A stretch of 64,000 nt of DNA. It comes from an uncultured Thermoleophilia bacterium (GTDB lineage Bacteria; Actinomycetota; Thermoleophilia; UBA2241). The number at the start of each line of letters is the position of its first letter. Position 1 is the stretch's first letter. A program made the position numbers and the translations under genes. This document shows, in pieces, positions 18,200 to 27,711 of this stretch. The stretch is from the NCBI GenBank assembly GCA_963715985.1, contig CAVQSP010000011.1:256001-320000 (forward strand). Direction: 5' to 3'. The notes beneath the pieces were generated by a model. The model made no database searches and was not told the origin of the DNA. It worked only from the letters and a program-made list of their open reading frames with translations.

Positions 18200-19360
18200 T
18201 CAGAGCGCGCGCAGGGCCTCGGTCGGGTCGAGCTTGCCGGCGCGCAGCGCCGGATACAGGGACGCCAGGGCGCCGATGGCCACGGCCAGGACGACGGCGC
18301 TCACGCCGAGGAGCGGCGTCCAGGCCACCTCGGCGCCGGCGGCCACGAGTGGCAGTGCGGCGTACGTGATGCCCATGCCGGCGACGTAGCCGAGAACGCC
18401 GGCGATGACGCTCGCGGCCAGCGCCTCCAGCAGCACGAGGCGCGTGATGTGCACGCGGCGGAAGCCCAGGGCGCGGAACACGCCGATCTCCTGCGTGCGC
18501 TCGCTCACGGCGCCCATCATCGTGATGAACACCACCAGCGCCTCGATGGCGATGACCACGCCGGCGATGGCGTAGCTGAAGCTGCGGAACTGGTCCACCG
18601 CGTGAGCGCGACTGCGCACCGCCTCCTGCACGGCTGTGACCTTGGCGGCCGGAACAGCGGCGGAGAGCTGCGCAGCGATGCGGTCCACGGAGGCGGTGTT
18701 TCCGTCCCGCGCCGCGATCTCCACGAGCGTCAGCTCGCCGGGGCGATGCAGGATCGCCTGCACGGCGCCCAGGTCGGCGATCAGCAGCCCGTCGTCCTGC
18801 GAGCCGGTCGGACGCAGGATGCCGGTCACAGTGAAGCGCCGCCCGCCGATGCGCACGTAGTCGCCCATGGTCAGAGCGAGCTTGTGCGCCGCCGAGGAGC
18901 CGGCCACGAGCTCGTGGTCGTTCTGCGGGGCCCGGCCGCTGTCCACGGACCACCAGCGCTTGAGCTCGAACTCGTCGTGCGGGCGCACGCCCATGAGCAG
19001 CACGCGCTGCCCCTTGACCTCGGCCGGACCGACCAGCTCGGGCGCGACGACCGCGATCTCCGCGCGCGCCGGGATCGCCTCCAGGCGCTCCAGGTCGGCC
19101 TGTGACAGCGACTTGGCGCCCACGGCGACACCGCCGATGGAGATGCCGCCGTAGCTGAGGGCGACGTCCTTGCTACGCGGGGTCACGACGATGTTGGCAC
19201 CGTAGCTCTTCAGGCTGGTCTTCGTCTGGCCGCCCAGCGACGCTGTCAGTGAGAGCAGGGCGACGACGGTGCCGATGCCGATGAGCAGACCGGCGATGAG
19301 AAAGGCGGCGCGCGCCTTGCGGCGGCGCAGGCTCGTGATGGCGATGGTGCTCAGCTTCAT
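18200..19360 (-). CDS. FtsX/MacB-type ABC permease
   Basis: LRRRKAR, YGANIVV, ERTQEIGVFRALG, LDPTEALR. Confidence 0.9.
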   Translation of the reverse strand: MKLSTIAITSLRRRKARAAFLIAGLLIGIGTVVALLSLTASLGGQTKTSLKSYGANIVVTPRSKDVALSYGGISIGGVAVGAKSLSQADLERLEAIPARAEIAVVAPELVGPAEVKGQRVLLMGVRPHDEFELKRWWSVDSGRAPQNDHELVAGSSAAHKLALTMGDYVRIGGRRFTVTGILRPTGSQDDGLLIADLGAVQAILHRPGELTLVEIAARDGNTASVDRIAAQLSAAVPAAKVTAVQEAVRSRAHAVDQFRSFSYAIAGVVIAIEALVVFITMMGAVSERTQEIGVFRALGFRRVHITRLVLLEALAASVIAGVLGYVAGMGITYAALPLVAAGAEVAWTPLLGVSAVVLAVAIGALASLYPALRAGKLDPTEALRAL

Positions 19361-19373
19361 GCCCCGCCCCCGC

Positions 19374-20531
19374 TCACAGCGCCCGGAGGGCGACGGTCGG
19401 GTCCAGGCGGCTGGCGTGAAGCGCCGGGTACAGGGAGGCGGCGGCGCCGACCAGCACGGCCGCCGCCACTGCCGCCGCGGCCAGCAACGGCGTCCAGCTC
19501 ACGCTCACGCCGCCGCCGGAGAAGAACGGTAGCAGCACGTAGCTCACGCCCATGCCGGCGAGGTAGCCGAGCACGCCGGCGAGCAGGCTCGCGACAGTCG
19601 CCTCGATCAGGATCAATCGGGTCACGTGCCCGCGGCGAAACCCGAGGGCGCGAAACACGCCGATCTCGCGGGTGCGGGCGTTGACCGAGCCCATCATGGT
19701 CACGAACACCACCAGACCCTCGATGACGACGATCACCCCGGCGACGATCCAGGCGAACGTGCGGAACTGGTGGATGGCCTCCATGCGATTCTTGACGACC
19801 TGCTGCATGGGCGTGACCCGGGTGCCCGGGAGCACGGTGCCGATCTGGCTGGCGATGTCACCCACGGGGCAGTTGCTGCACAGGGCCGCGACCTCGACCA
19901 TGGTGACCTTGCCGGGCTTGCCGAGGATGTCCTGGGCCGTGGTCAGGTCGCTGATCAGCAGGTTGTCGTCCTGCGAGCCGGTGGGTTGCAGTACGCCCGT
20001 GACCAGCAGCGTGCGGTCGCCGAGGCGCACGTGGCTGCCGGGGCGAAGCTTGAGCGCCGTGGCCACGGTCGCGCCGGCCACGACTTCGTCGCCGGCGCGC
20101 GGCGGACGCCCGTCCACGCGCCACCACTGCTTGAGCTTGAACTCGTCGGCCGGCCGCACGCCCATGAGCAGGCTCTGGCGCCCGCCGGCCTCCACCGCGC
20201 CCAGCAGCTCCGGGGCCACGACGGCGATGTTGCGGCTGTTGGGGATGGTGGAGATGCGCGCGAGCTCCGCCTCGCGGATCTCGCGCGCCCCCGTGGACAC
20301 GCCCCCGAGAGGCACGCCGCCGTAGGTGAGCGAGAACCCGTCGTCGCGAGGCGCCACCACGATGTTGGCGCCGTACGTCTCGAGGTTGTTCTGCGCCTCC
20401 ACCGTGAGCGCCGTGCTCAGGGTGAGCAGGGCCACGACGGTCCCCACGCCGACGAGGAGTCCGGCGACCAGGAAGGCGGCCCTCGCCTTGCGCCGGCGCA
20501 GATTGCTCAGGGCTACGTCCCTCAGCCGCAC
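19374..20531 (-). CDS. FtsX/MacB-type ABC permease with extracytoplasmic CxxC
   Basis: Paralog of the adjacent permease; EVAALCSNCP. Confidence 0.9.
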   Translation of the reverse strand: MRLRDVALSNLRRRKARAAFLVAGLLVGVGTVVALLTLSTALTVEAQNNLETYGANIVVAPRDDGFSLTYGGVPLGGVSTGAREIREAELARISTIPNSRNIAVVAPELLGAVEAGGRQSLLMGVRPADEFKLKQWWRVDGRPPRAGDEVVAGATVATALKLRPGSHVRLGDRTLLVTGVLQPTGSQDDNLLISDLTTAQDILGKPGKVTMVEVAALCSNCPVGDIASQIGTVLPGTRVTPMQQVVKNRMEAIHQFRTFAWIVAGVIVVIEGLVVFVTMMGSVNARTREIGVFRALGFRRGHVTRLILIEATVASLLAGVLGYLAGMGVSYVLLPFFSGGGVSVSWTPLLAAAAVAAAVLVGAAASLYPALHASRLDPTVALRAL

Positions 20532-20587
20532 GTCAGGTCCCGATCGAGCCCGGTGAGATCGGTGTCAGCGATCGCCGTCCGCCGGCC

Positions 20588-21166
20588 TCACTGGAAGTAC
20601 GTCTGGCCGGCCTGCAGGCTGCCGGTGGTGATCGTGAGATCGTCGCCCGAGATGCTGCGCTTGAGCGGGATCGGGTTGCAGCCGCCGGTGACGACGTTGA
20701 TCTGGTCGCTGGGGAAGACCTTGCCGCAGTTGTTGCACTGCATGGCGTCTCCCTGCTGCTGGTAGCCCTTCTTCTGCGGGTAGCACACCTCGCAGGCGTC
20801 CAGCGCCGCGCGGATCTTGCCGTCCTTGCTGGCCAGCACGAAGTACTTCACCGTGGTGCCGTTGACGTCGTACGTGTAGAAGTGCGCCTTGCCGTCGCTG
20901 ACCTCGGCGACGGGGATGGTCACATCACCGCCGGCCGGAGCGGTGGTCGCCGTCGCAGTCTCGGCGCCGACGCGCCCGTTGATGACGACGACGGCCACGA
21001 TCGCAACGACGGCGAGGGCCGCCACGGCGAGAGCGATGTGCAGACCGGTGCGCCGCTTAGGCGTCTCGAACTGGGCCCGCTTCTCCTGGCGCCTCTGCTC
21101 GGCGCCGGCCTGCGCGCGGGCCTGGGTCTTGGTCGCCTGCCTGCGCTGCTGCCTCGACTTGCTCAC
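20588..21166 (-). CDS. DUF2318 (predicted Fe-S) membrane-anchored protein
   Basis: ALDACEVC..GY..MQCNNCG..GGCNPIPL; GTG 21166 follows an AGGAGG RBS. Confidence 0.88.
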   Translation of the reverse strand: MSKSRQQRRQATKTQARAQAGAEQRRQEKRAQFETPKRRTGLHIALAVAALAVVAIVAVVVINGRVGAETATATTAPAGGDVTIPVAEVSDGKAHFYTYDVNGTTVKYFVLASKDGKIRAALDACEVCYPQKKGYQQQGDAMQCNNCGKVFPSDQINVVTGGCNPIPLKRSISGDDLTITTGSLQAGQTYFQ

Positions 21167-21241
21167 CTGCCGTACCTCCTTCTCCCGTCCGGGCGTGCCC
21201 GGCCGCTGTGACCATCGGTGCGAACGATGGTAGAAGGCCGA

Positions 21242-21259
21242 GATGAAGAAGCTGTGTAG
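21242..21259 (-). promoter_or_regulatory. Putative OmpR-family tandem binding site upstream of the DUF2318-ABC operon
   Basis: Minus strand CTACACA-N4-CTTCATC followed by TACCAT; matches the site at 26772-26789. Confidence 0.5.
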
Positions 21260-21357
21260 ACGGCCGGGGCAAGCTGGCGCCGTGCTCGTCGAGCGTCGAT
21301 ACTGGGGCCTGGCGCAGGCCTGTGGAAGGCGTCTGCGGGGACGACCGGGAGACGACG

Positions 21358-22320
21358 ATGGCACGAGTGGCGGTGGAGATCCTGCACACGCCCGGCTGTG
21401 GCAGCCGGCAGGCCGCGCGCGACCGCGTCGAGGCCGTGGCGCGGCGGGAGGGCGTGCCAATCGCGCTCACCGAGCGCGAGATCAGCACGCCCGAGGAGGC
21501 GCGCGAGCAGAGCTTCCCCGGCTCGCCGACCATCCGCGTCGAGGGCCGGGATGTGGAGCCCGGCGCCGAGGGTCAGGAAGACTTCGGTCTGGGCTGACGG
21601 CGCTACTCCGGCCCCGGTGGATCCGGCGGCGTACCTGCCGAAGACCTCGTGCGCGACGCGCTGTTGGCAGCGACCCGCGTCGCCCGCCAACCGGAGCAGT
21701 GGGCGGCGGCGTTCGCTGCCCGTGCCGACCGCTACGGCCGCGAGCCGAGCGCGCCGGCGCTCGCGGCCGCCGAGGCGTTTCGCAGCGCCGGCGTCCGGGA
21801 CGTCCTGGAGCTGGGCGCCGGGCAGGGGCGCGACACGATGTATTTCGCGCGCTCCGGCTTCAGCGTCCACGCCCTCGACTTCGCGGCCGAGGGCGTCGCG
21901 GCCATCCGCGCGAGGGCCGCGCGGGAAGGGCTCTCCGGCCGGGTGACGGCCGCGCGACACGACTGTCGTGACCGCCTGCCGCTGGCGGACGGGAGCGTCG
22001 ACGCCTGCTTCTCCCACATGCTCCTGTGCATGGCGCTCTCGACGTCCCAGCTCGAGGTGCTGAGCGCCGAGGTGCGCCGGGTGCTGCGTCCCGGCGGCCT
22101 TCACGTGTACACGGCGCGCTCGACCGCCGACCCCGACTACGGCGAAGGGGCTGCGTGCGGCGACGACAGGTACGAGTCCAGCGGGTTCGTGGTGCACTTC
22201 TTCAGCCGCGAGCTCGTGGACCGGCTGGCTCGCGGCTTCGACCTCGTCGACGTCACCGAGCTCGAGGAGGGCGACCTGCCGCGACGGCTGTACCGCGTAA
22301 CGATGCGGCGAGGCGCATGA
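21358..22320 (+). CDS. Putative selenoprotein: thioredoxin-like (DF/DUF2703-like) domain with Sec80 fused to a class I SAM methyltransferase, 320 aa
   Basis: EILHTPGC..FPGSPTIRVEGRD..FGLG[TGA 21595-21597]RRY continues with no other stop into VLELGAGQGRD. Confidence 0.78.
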
Positions 22321-22336
22321 CGGCGGGAGCGAGCGC

Positions 22337-23120
22337 CTACAGGCTCGTCAGCTGCTCCGCCGCGCGCTTGCCGGAGTCCGTGGCGGGATCGATGTCCACC
22401 GCCTGCTGGAACGCGACCTTGGCCTGGCTCAGCAGGTCGGCGCTCTTCGCGGCGTCGCCACTGTCCTTCGCGTCGCTCGCCGCCGTCTTGAGGAAGATGC
22501 CCCTGTTCAGATGCGCCGTCTGGAAGTCGGGGCTCTTCTCGAGGACGGCATCGATCTGCTTGAGCGCCTTGCCCGTCTGCCCGGAGTAGAAGAGCGCGAC
22601 CGAGTAGTCGGTGCCCACGTTGGGGTCGCCGGGCTGCTTCTTCCAGGCGGCCCCGTACACCTTCGCCGCGGCCGTGAAGGCCTCCGTCCCGCCGGCGTTG
22701 TCGTTCTTGTCGAACGCGGCGCTGCCCTGATCGTAGAGACCGTTGGCGCGGGCGACGAGTGCCGTGTAGCTGCCGGACGTGTCGGCCGTGATGGGCACGG
22801 CGGCCGGCGTCGCGGTACCGCCAGCGGGACTGCCGCCGCCACTGCCGACGACGACGATCACGAGCACCACCACGACGGCGAGCGCGGCGAAGCCCAGCCA
22901 GATCCAGAGCAGGGAGCGCGACCCGCCGGATGTCGCCGGCTCTCCGCGCCTCTCGGCCGCGCGCCGGGCCGTGCGCGGCCGCTGCTGCCTGGACGGGCGC
23001 CGGCGCAGCCGCCTTCGCGGTGCGGCCACGACCGGCGTTCTTCACCGCGGTCAGGTCGCTCCCGCACTCGGGACAGTACTTCGCGTCGGCGGCGTCGTGG
23101 CCGCACTCGGGACAGTACAC
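22337..23120 (-). CDS. Zinc-ribbon + TM + TPR protein; one frameshift near 23000
   Basis: MYCPECG..AKYCPECG in one frame; TM and TPR (PGDPNVGTDYSVALFYSG, AHLNRGIFL) in the +1 frame. Confidence 0.78.
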
Positions 23121-23391
23121 GGGCTAGCCCCCTGCTGGATCGCACTCTCGTCTTCGTCGCCGTTCGGGTCGGCCGAACCGGCAGCCGAGGAGGCAAACCG
23201 GACATCGTCTATAGACTTCCCCATGATAGAGACGCCTCTCCGGCGGTCAAACCGGGCCCGCGCCGGGCACACGGGAGTCCGGCTCTGCAGCTCGCACTCC
23301 CTCGCCGTCGGTCCGCCGTCCCGATGACAGCGCCGAGAATCGGCGGGCCGAGGCCGCGACGCAGCGCCGAGAGAGCGCCCGAGGGCGGCCC

Positions 23392-23892
23392 TCAGAGTAT
23401 GGTCTTGAGCTTCTCCTCGAACTGGTCTCGAGTGGCGGCGCCGACGATGGATGGGGCCGTCCTGCCCTGGTCGTCGAGGAAGAACGTGGCCGGGATGCCG
23501 TTCACCCCCCAGGCGTCGGCGTTGACGCTCTTCGGGTCCAGGACGATGGTGTACGGGAGGCGGTAGTCGTAGACGAAGCGCTCCACGTCCGCCCGTTTGT
23601 CGTTGATCGCCACGCCGACCACGTTCACCTCGGGATGCGCCTCGGCGAAGGCGGCGACGTCCGCCGCCTCCGAGGCGCAGGCCGGGCACCACGAGGCGAA
23701 GAAGCTGACCACGGTCGGCTTGCCGCGATCCAGTGCGAGGTCGAAGTCCTGGCGCTGAATCGTGGTGCCGGTGAGGGGCGGCGCGGGCGTGGCAGACGCG
23801 GCAGGCGTGCCGGCGCGAGCCACGACGGCGACGGCGACCACCACGACGAGCGCGATGAGCGCCAACACTGTGACGAGCGCACGGCGGTTCAT
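23392..23892 (-). CDS. TlpA/ResA-family thiol-disulfide oxidoreductase
   Basis: N-terminal TM; FFASWCPAC; GIPATFFLD. Confidence 0.9.
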   Translation of the reverse strand: MNRRALVTVLALIALVVVVAVAVVARAGTPAASATPAPPLTGTTIQRQDFDLALDRGKPTVVSFFASWCPACASEAADVAAFAEAHPEVNVVGVAINDKRADVERFVYDYRLPYTIVLDPKSVNADAWGVNGIPATFFLDDQGRTAPSIVGAATRDQFEEKLKTIL

Positions 23893-23893
23893 C

Positions 23894-24241
23894 TCATCCT
23901 TCTGTTCGCTGAGCGCCGGAGCGCACCGTGCCGTTGGCGCGAGGGGTCTGGAGGTCGCCCAGCTTCTGCAGGTACTCCTCGCGGTCGATCTCGCCGCCGG
24001 CGTAGCGGCGCTGCACGATGTCGCGGGCGCTCTCGACCGGCGGCCGCGCGGAGACCGCTGGGGGTGCCGCGTAAAACGCCGGGGCAGTGGCGCGCGCCTG
24101 GTGCGCGGTCGAGTCGCGTACCAGGTAGACGATGAGCAACACGACGGCGACCACGATCACGATCATCCCGATGCCCACGAGCCAACCTCCCACTCCCCAG
24201 GCGCCGCCGTGGCCCCAAGGTCCGTTTCCATCCCACATCAT
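23894..24241 (-). CDS. SHOCT-domain membrane protein
   Basis: MMW..G-rich N-terminus, one TM, DIVQRRYAGGEIDREEY. Confidence 0.85.
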   Translation of the reverse strand: MMWDGNGPWGHGGAWGVGGWLVGIGMIVIVVAVVLLIVYLVRDSTAHQARATAPAFYAAPPAVSARPPVESARDIVQRRYAGGEIDREEYLQKLGDLQTPRANGTVRSGAQRTEG

Positions 24242-24278
24242 CGTGAGTCACCTCGTTCGTGCGGCCCCTGCGGGGCCA

Positions 24279-25833
24279 TCAGTCGATCTCCCAGACGCCG
24301 AGCATGCCGATGTCTTCGTGCTCGACGATGTGGCAGTGGAACATGGCCGTGCCACGCCAGTCGCTCACCTTGACGAGCTGGGTGACGCTCCCGCCGCGCG
24401 GCACGATCACGGTGTCCTTCCAGGCCGGGGCCTGCGTGTACAGCGCCGCGTAGCCGGCATGGCCGCCGCCGATCGACAGCACCTGGGCATGATTGGTGTG
24501 CTGGTGCCAGGGGTGGTCCATGCCGGTCGGGTTGTCGATGGTCCACACCTCCCAGACATCGCCGGAGGCGGGCAACTGAGAGCGCACGACCAGCGGGTCG
24601 ACGTCAAAATCGCGACCGTTGATGGAGCCGCGCCCCATCATGCCCATGCCGAGCACGAAGCGGCGGCTCACGGCGGCGTCCAAGCCAGGCTTGGCGCGCT
24701 GCGCCGCGGGGTCGATAGACGAGGGCAGCGCCTGGACCGTCTTGCGTCCCGTGACGCGGAGCGTCATGCAGGGTCGCCTGCGGCGTCGTGCCGCCGCCCA
24801 TCATCCCGCCCATCATCCCGCCCATCATGCCACCGCGTGAGTAGGGCAGGGTGCGAAGGCGGTAGGCGCCCGGCGACGTCGACACCTTGACGAGGAGGTC
24901 GGCGCGCTCGCCCGGAGCCAGCAGGAGCTCGGCGACCCGATAGGGTCTGTCGAGGAGTCCGCCGTCGCTGCCGATCACGGCGAGCGAGTGCCCGTCCAGT
25001 GCAACGCGATAGAAGCGCGCGGTGCTCGCGTTGAGCAGGCGCCAGCGCTGGACGGCGCCGGGCCGTGCGGCGAGCTCGGGCGCGACCTGGCCGTTGAGCG
25101 TGACCAGGGCGCCCTCCTTGCCCAGCAAGTAGTCCATGGCCGAGGTGTAGGGTGCGGGGCGGCCGTCGACGATCGTGAAGTCCTTGCAGGACGAGCACGT
25201 GCGTCTCGAAGCTGCTCAGCGCGTCCGTTGGGTCCTCGACCACCAGCGGCCCGGCAAGACCGCCCCAGAGCTGCTCGGCGACGAGGCCGTGCACGTGCGG
25301 GTGATACCACCCCAAGGGCCGGCGGGCTGCCGGCCGAGGTCGTAGGTGTAGGTCCAGCTCTCGCCGGGGTCCAGGCGCCGCATCACGTTGTCTGCTGGGT
25401 CAGCCGGCGAGACGTGCCAGCCGTGCGTATGGAGGTTGGTGGCTCCCCGCTGCTCTCCGAGCGGGTTGACGCCGCCGCCGGTGAGCCCGTTGCGCACGTG
25501 GAGGCGCAGCGTCTCGCCGCTGCGTACGCGCACCAACGGGCCGGGCACCTGGCCGTTGTAGGCGAGCATCCGCGCCGTCGAACCGCCGAGACGCACATCG
25601 GTCTCGGCCACGGCGAGGCTTCCCTCGCGCGTGCCGGCCACCGTGGTCAGCACCAGCTCGTCGAAGTCGGCCAAGGGCGCGCCGCGAGGCACCGCGCCCA
25701 GCGCCGCCTCTGCCTGCGCCGCGTCCGCGGCGTTCTTCGCGAGCCCCGAGATGGTCAGCGCACCGCCGACCGCGCCCAGAGCACCGATCTTCAGCAGGTC
25801 ACGCCTGGTGATGCCGTGTGCGCCAGCCCTCAT
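24279..25833 (-). CDS. Tat-exported multicopper oxidase (CueO/laccase-like), split by three frameshifts
   Basis: TRRDLLK Tat motif; HTHG, WYHPHVHG, HPWHQH, HCHIVEHEDIGM all intact; Met-rich loop GGMMGGMMGGMMG; shifts near 25315, 25186 and 24768. Confidence 0.88.
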
Positions 25834-25837
25834 CTCG

Positions 25838-26698
25838 TCACCAGCCGAAGCCGCCCCACATGCCGCCGAGGCCCATCCAGCCGCCGGTCGCGGCACGCAT
25901 CATGGAGGCGCTCGCGGGCAGGTGGTGGTGCTGGTAGAAGTGCTTGACCTGGCTGCGCTGGTGCGCAGTCAGGGTCTTCAGCGCGGCCTGCGCCGCAGCG
26001 GTGTTGGGGCTGGGACCGTACCGCTGCATCCAGCCGTTCGCGGCACTCACTTGGCGGCTGCGCAGGGCGAGCCACTGGCCCATGCCGGCGCGGTGACTCG
26101 TCATCCAGGAGGCGCCGAAGCCCGAGCCCCACATGTGACTGGCGTCCCAGAAGCCGCCGTTCATCATGTCGCCCATCTGCCAGCCGTGCCACATCCCCAT
26201 CGCGGGGACGGTCCAGTCGGTGCCGCCCGCATACTGTCCCATGAAGCTCTGCATGTCGTTCCAGTGCTCAGTCCAGAGGTCGTGCAAGGCCTGCTGCGCC
26301 TGCGCCGAGGTGAGATCGACCTTGTGGGTGTCGTACCAGGTGTGCATCGCCACCAGGTGCTCGGTGCGCAGCTGCAGCCATGCCTGCATGGCCGACGGAT
26401 GGTCGGCGAGCCAGGTCATGCCGGAGTCCGTCATGCCCCACATACCGGTGCCGCCCCAGGGGCCGGTGCCGTCCCAGGTACCGCCCATCATGGTGCCGGG
26501 GCCCATCATCGTGCCGGGGTCGGTGGTGCCGGGCGTGGCGCCGCCCATCATGGTGCTGGGATCGGCCTGCATGCCGGGGACGGGGGCCCCGCCGCCCATC
26601 ATGGTGCCGGAGTCGGCGGCGGCGATCGGGACCATCAGGGCCGTGGAGAACGCGGCGACCGCGAGGGTGGTGAGGAGGACCTTCGGCCTCAGCTTCAT
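25838..26698 (-). CDS. Secreted Met/His/Trp/Gly-rich protein
   Basis: Signal peptide; four TMMG repeats; duplicated MWG..W...H...M..WL.LR unit; HHH near the C-terminus. Confidence 0.8.
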   Translation of the reverse strand: MKLRPKVLLTTLAVAAFSTALMVPIAAADSGTMMGGGAPVPGMQADPSTMMGGATPGTTDPGTMMGPGTMMGGTWDGTGPWGGTGMWGMTDSGMTWLADHPSAMQAWLQLRTEHLVAMHTWYDTHKVDLTSAQAQQALHDLWTEHWNDMQSFMGQYAGGTDWTVPAMGMWHGWQMGDMMNGGFWDASHMWGSGFGASWMTSHRAGMGQWLALRSRQVSAANGWMQRYGPSPNTAAAQAALKTLTAHQRSQVKHFYQHHHLPASASMMRAATGGWMGLGGMWGGFGW

Positions 26699-26771
26699 GG
26701 TGACCGTTCCTTGTCTCGTTTGCGTGTGACTCGTTCCTGCGAGCTACACCTCTTGGAGCATCCCCCCTTGA

Positions 26772-26789
26772 TGTGAAGGCGGTGTGTAG
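26772..26789 (-). promoter_or_regulatory. Putative OmpR-family tandem binding site upstream of the Met-rich protein/multicopper oxidase operon
   Basis: Minus strand CTACACA-N4-CTTCACA (11-bp period); divergent from the regulator gene. Confidence 0.5.
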
Positions 26790-27011
26790 GTCGCTGGCTG
26801 AGTGCAGCGAGGTCGCTCGGTGTCGCGTCGCTGCCGCATGACGCAAGACACCTTCGGGGCCCGTTTCTTACAGTCGCAGGCCGGGCGTCGCCGGCCCGCA
26901 CCTGAGCGGTGGGGCGGGCGGCGGCGGCCGGCCCCGCCCCGCCGCCCTTTTTCACGCCGCCCGCATCCGGGTATGTAGCGGCGTGGAGCGATCAGACGCG
27001 GAGATGAGCCC

Positions 27012-27711
27012 TTGAGCGACGTGCAGAAGATCGTGGTCATCGACGACGAGGAGTCGGTGCGCGAGGTGGTGCGCGCGTACCTCGAGAAGGACGGCTTTCG
27101 CGTGTTCACCGCCGCGGACGGCAGCGAAGGGCTGGCCCTCGCCGAGAAGCATCAGCCGGACCTCATCGTGCTCGACCTGATGCTGCCCGACATCTCCGGC
27201 GAGCAGATCTGCGAGGAGGTCCGCAGCCGCTCGGACGTACCGATCGTCATGCTCACCGCCAAGGTGAGCGAGGACGAGCGCATCGCGGGGCTGGTGGCGG
27301 GCGCCGACGACTACCTTGTCAAGCCCTTCAGCCCGCGGGAGCTGGTCGCGCGCGTGCGCGCCGTGCTGCGCCGCACGCAGGGTGTGGAGACCCCACTGGT
27401 GCGAGGTCCTCCGCTTCGACGACGGGCGCCTCGAGATCGACACCGTGAAGCACGAGGTGCGGCACGACGGCGAGACGATCGACCTCACGCCCAACGAGTA
27501 CAAGCTGCTGCTGGCGCTGGCCCGGTACCCCGGCCGCGCCTACTCCCGCTACGAGCTCATCGACCGCGTGCAGGGCTACGACTTCGACGGCTTCGAGCGC
27601 ACCATCGACGTGCACGTGCGCAACCTGCGCAAGAAGCTCGAGCCCGACCCGGCAAAGCCGCGCTACGTGGAGACCGTCACCGGGATCGGCTACCGGCTCG
27701 CCAAGCTGTGA
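27012..27711 (+). CDS. OmpR-family response regulator; +1 frameshift at about 27402
   Basis: [24 protein letters not shown], then [31 protein letters not shown] in the next frame. Confidence 0.9.

Noticed and set aside
24279-25833. Multicopper oxidase as a true pseudogene or programmed frameshift
   Set aside because: Copper ligands are intact, there are no slippery heptamers, and the same indel pattern appears in neighbouring genes; an assembly artefact is more likely but needs reads.
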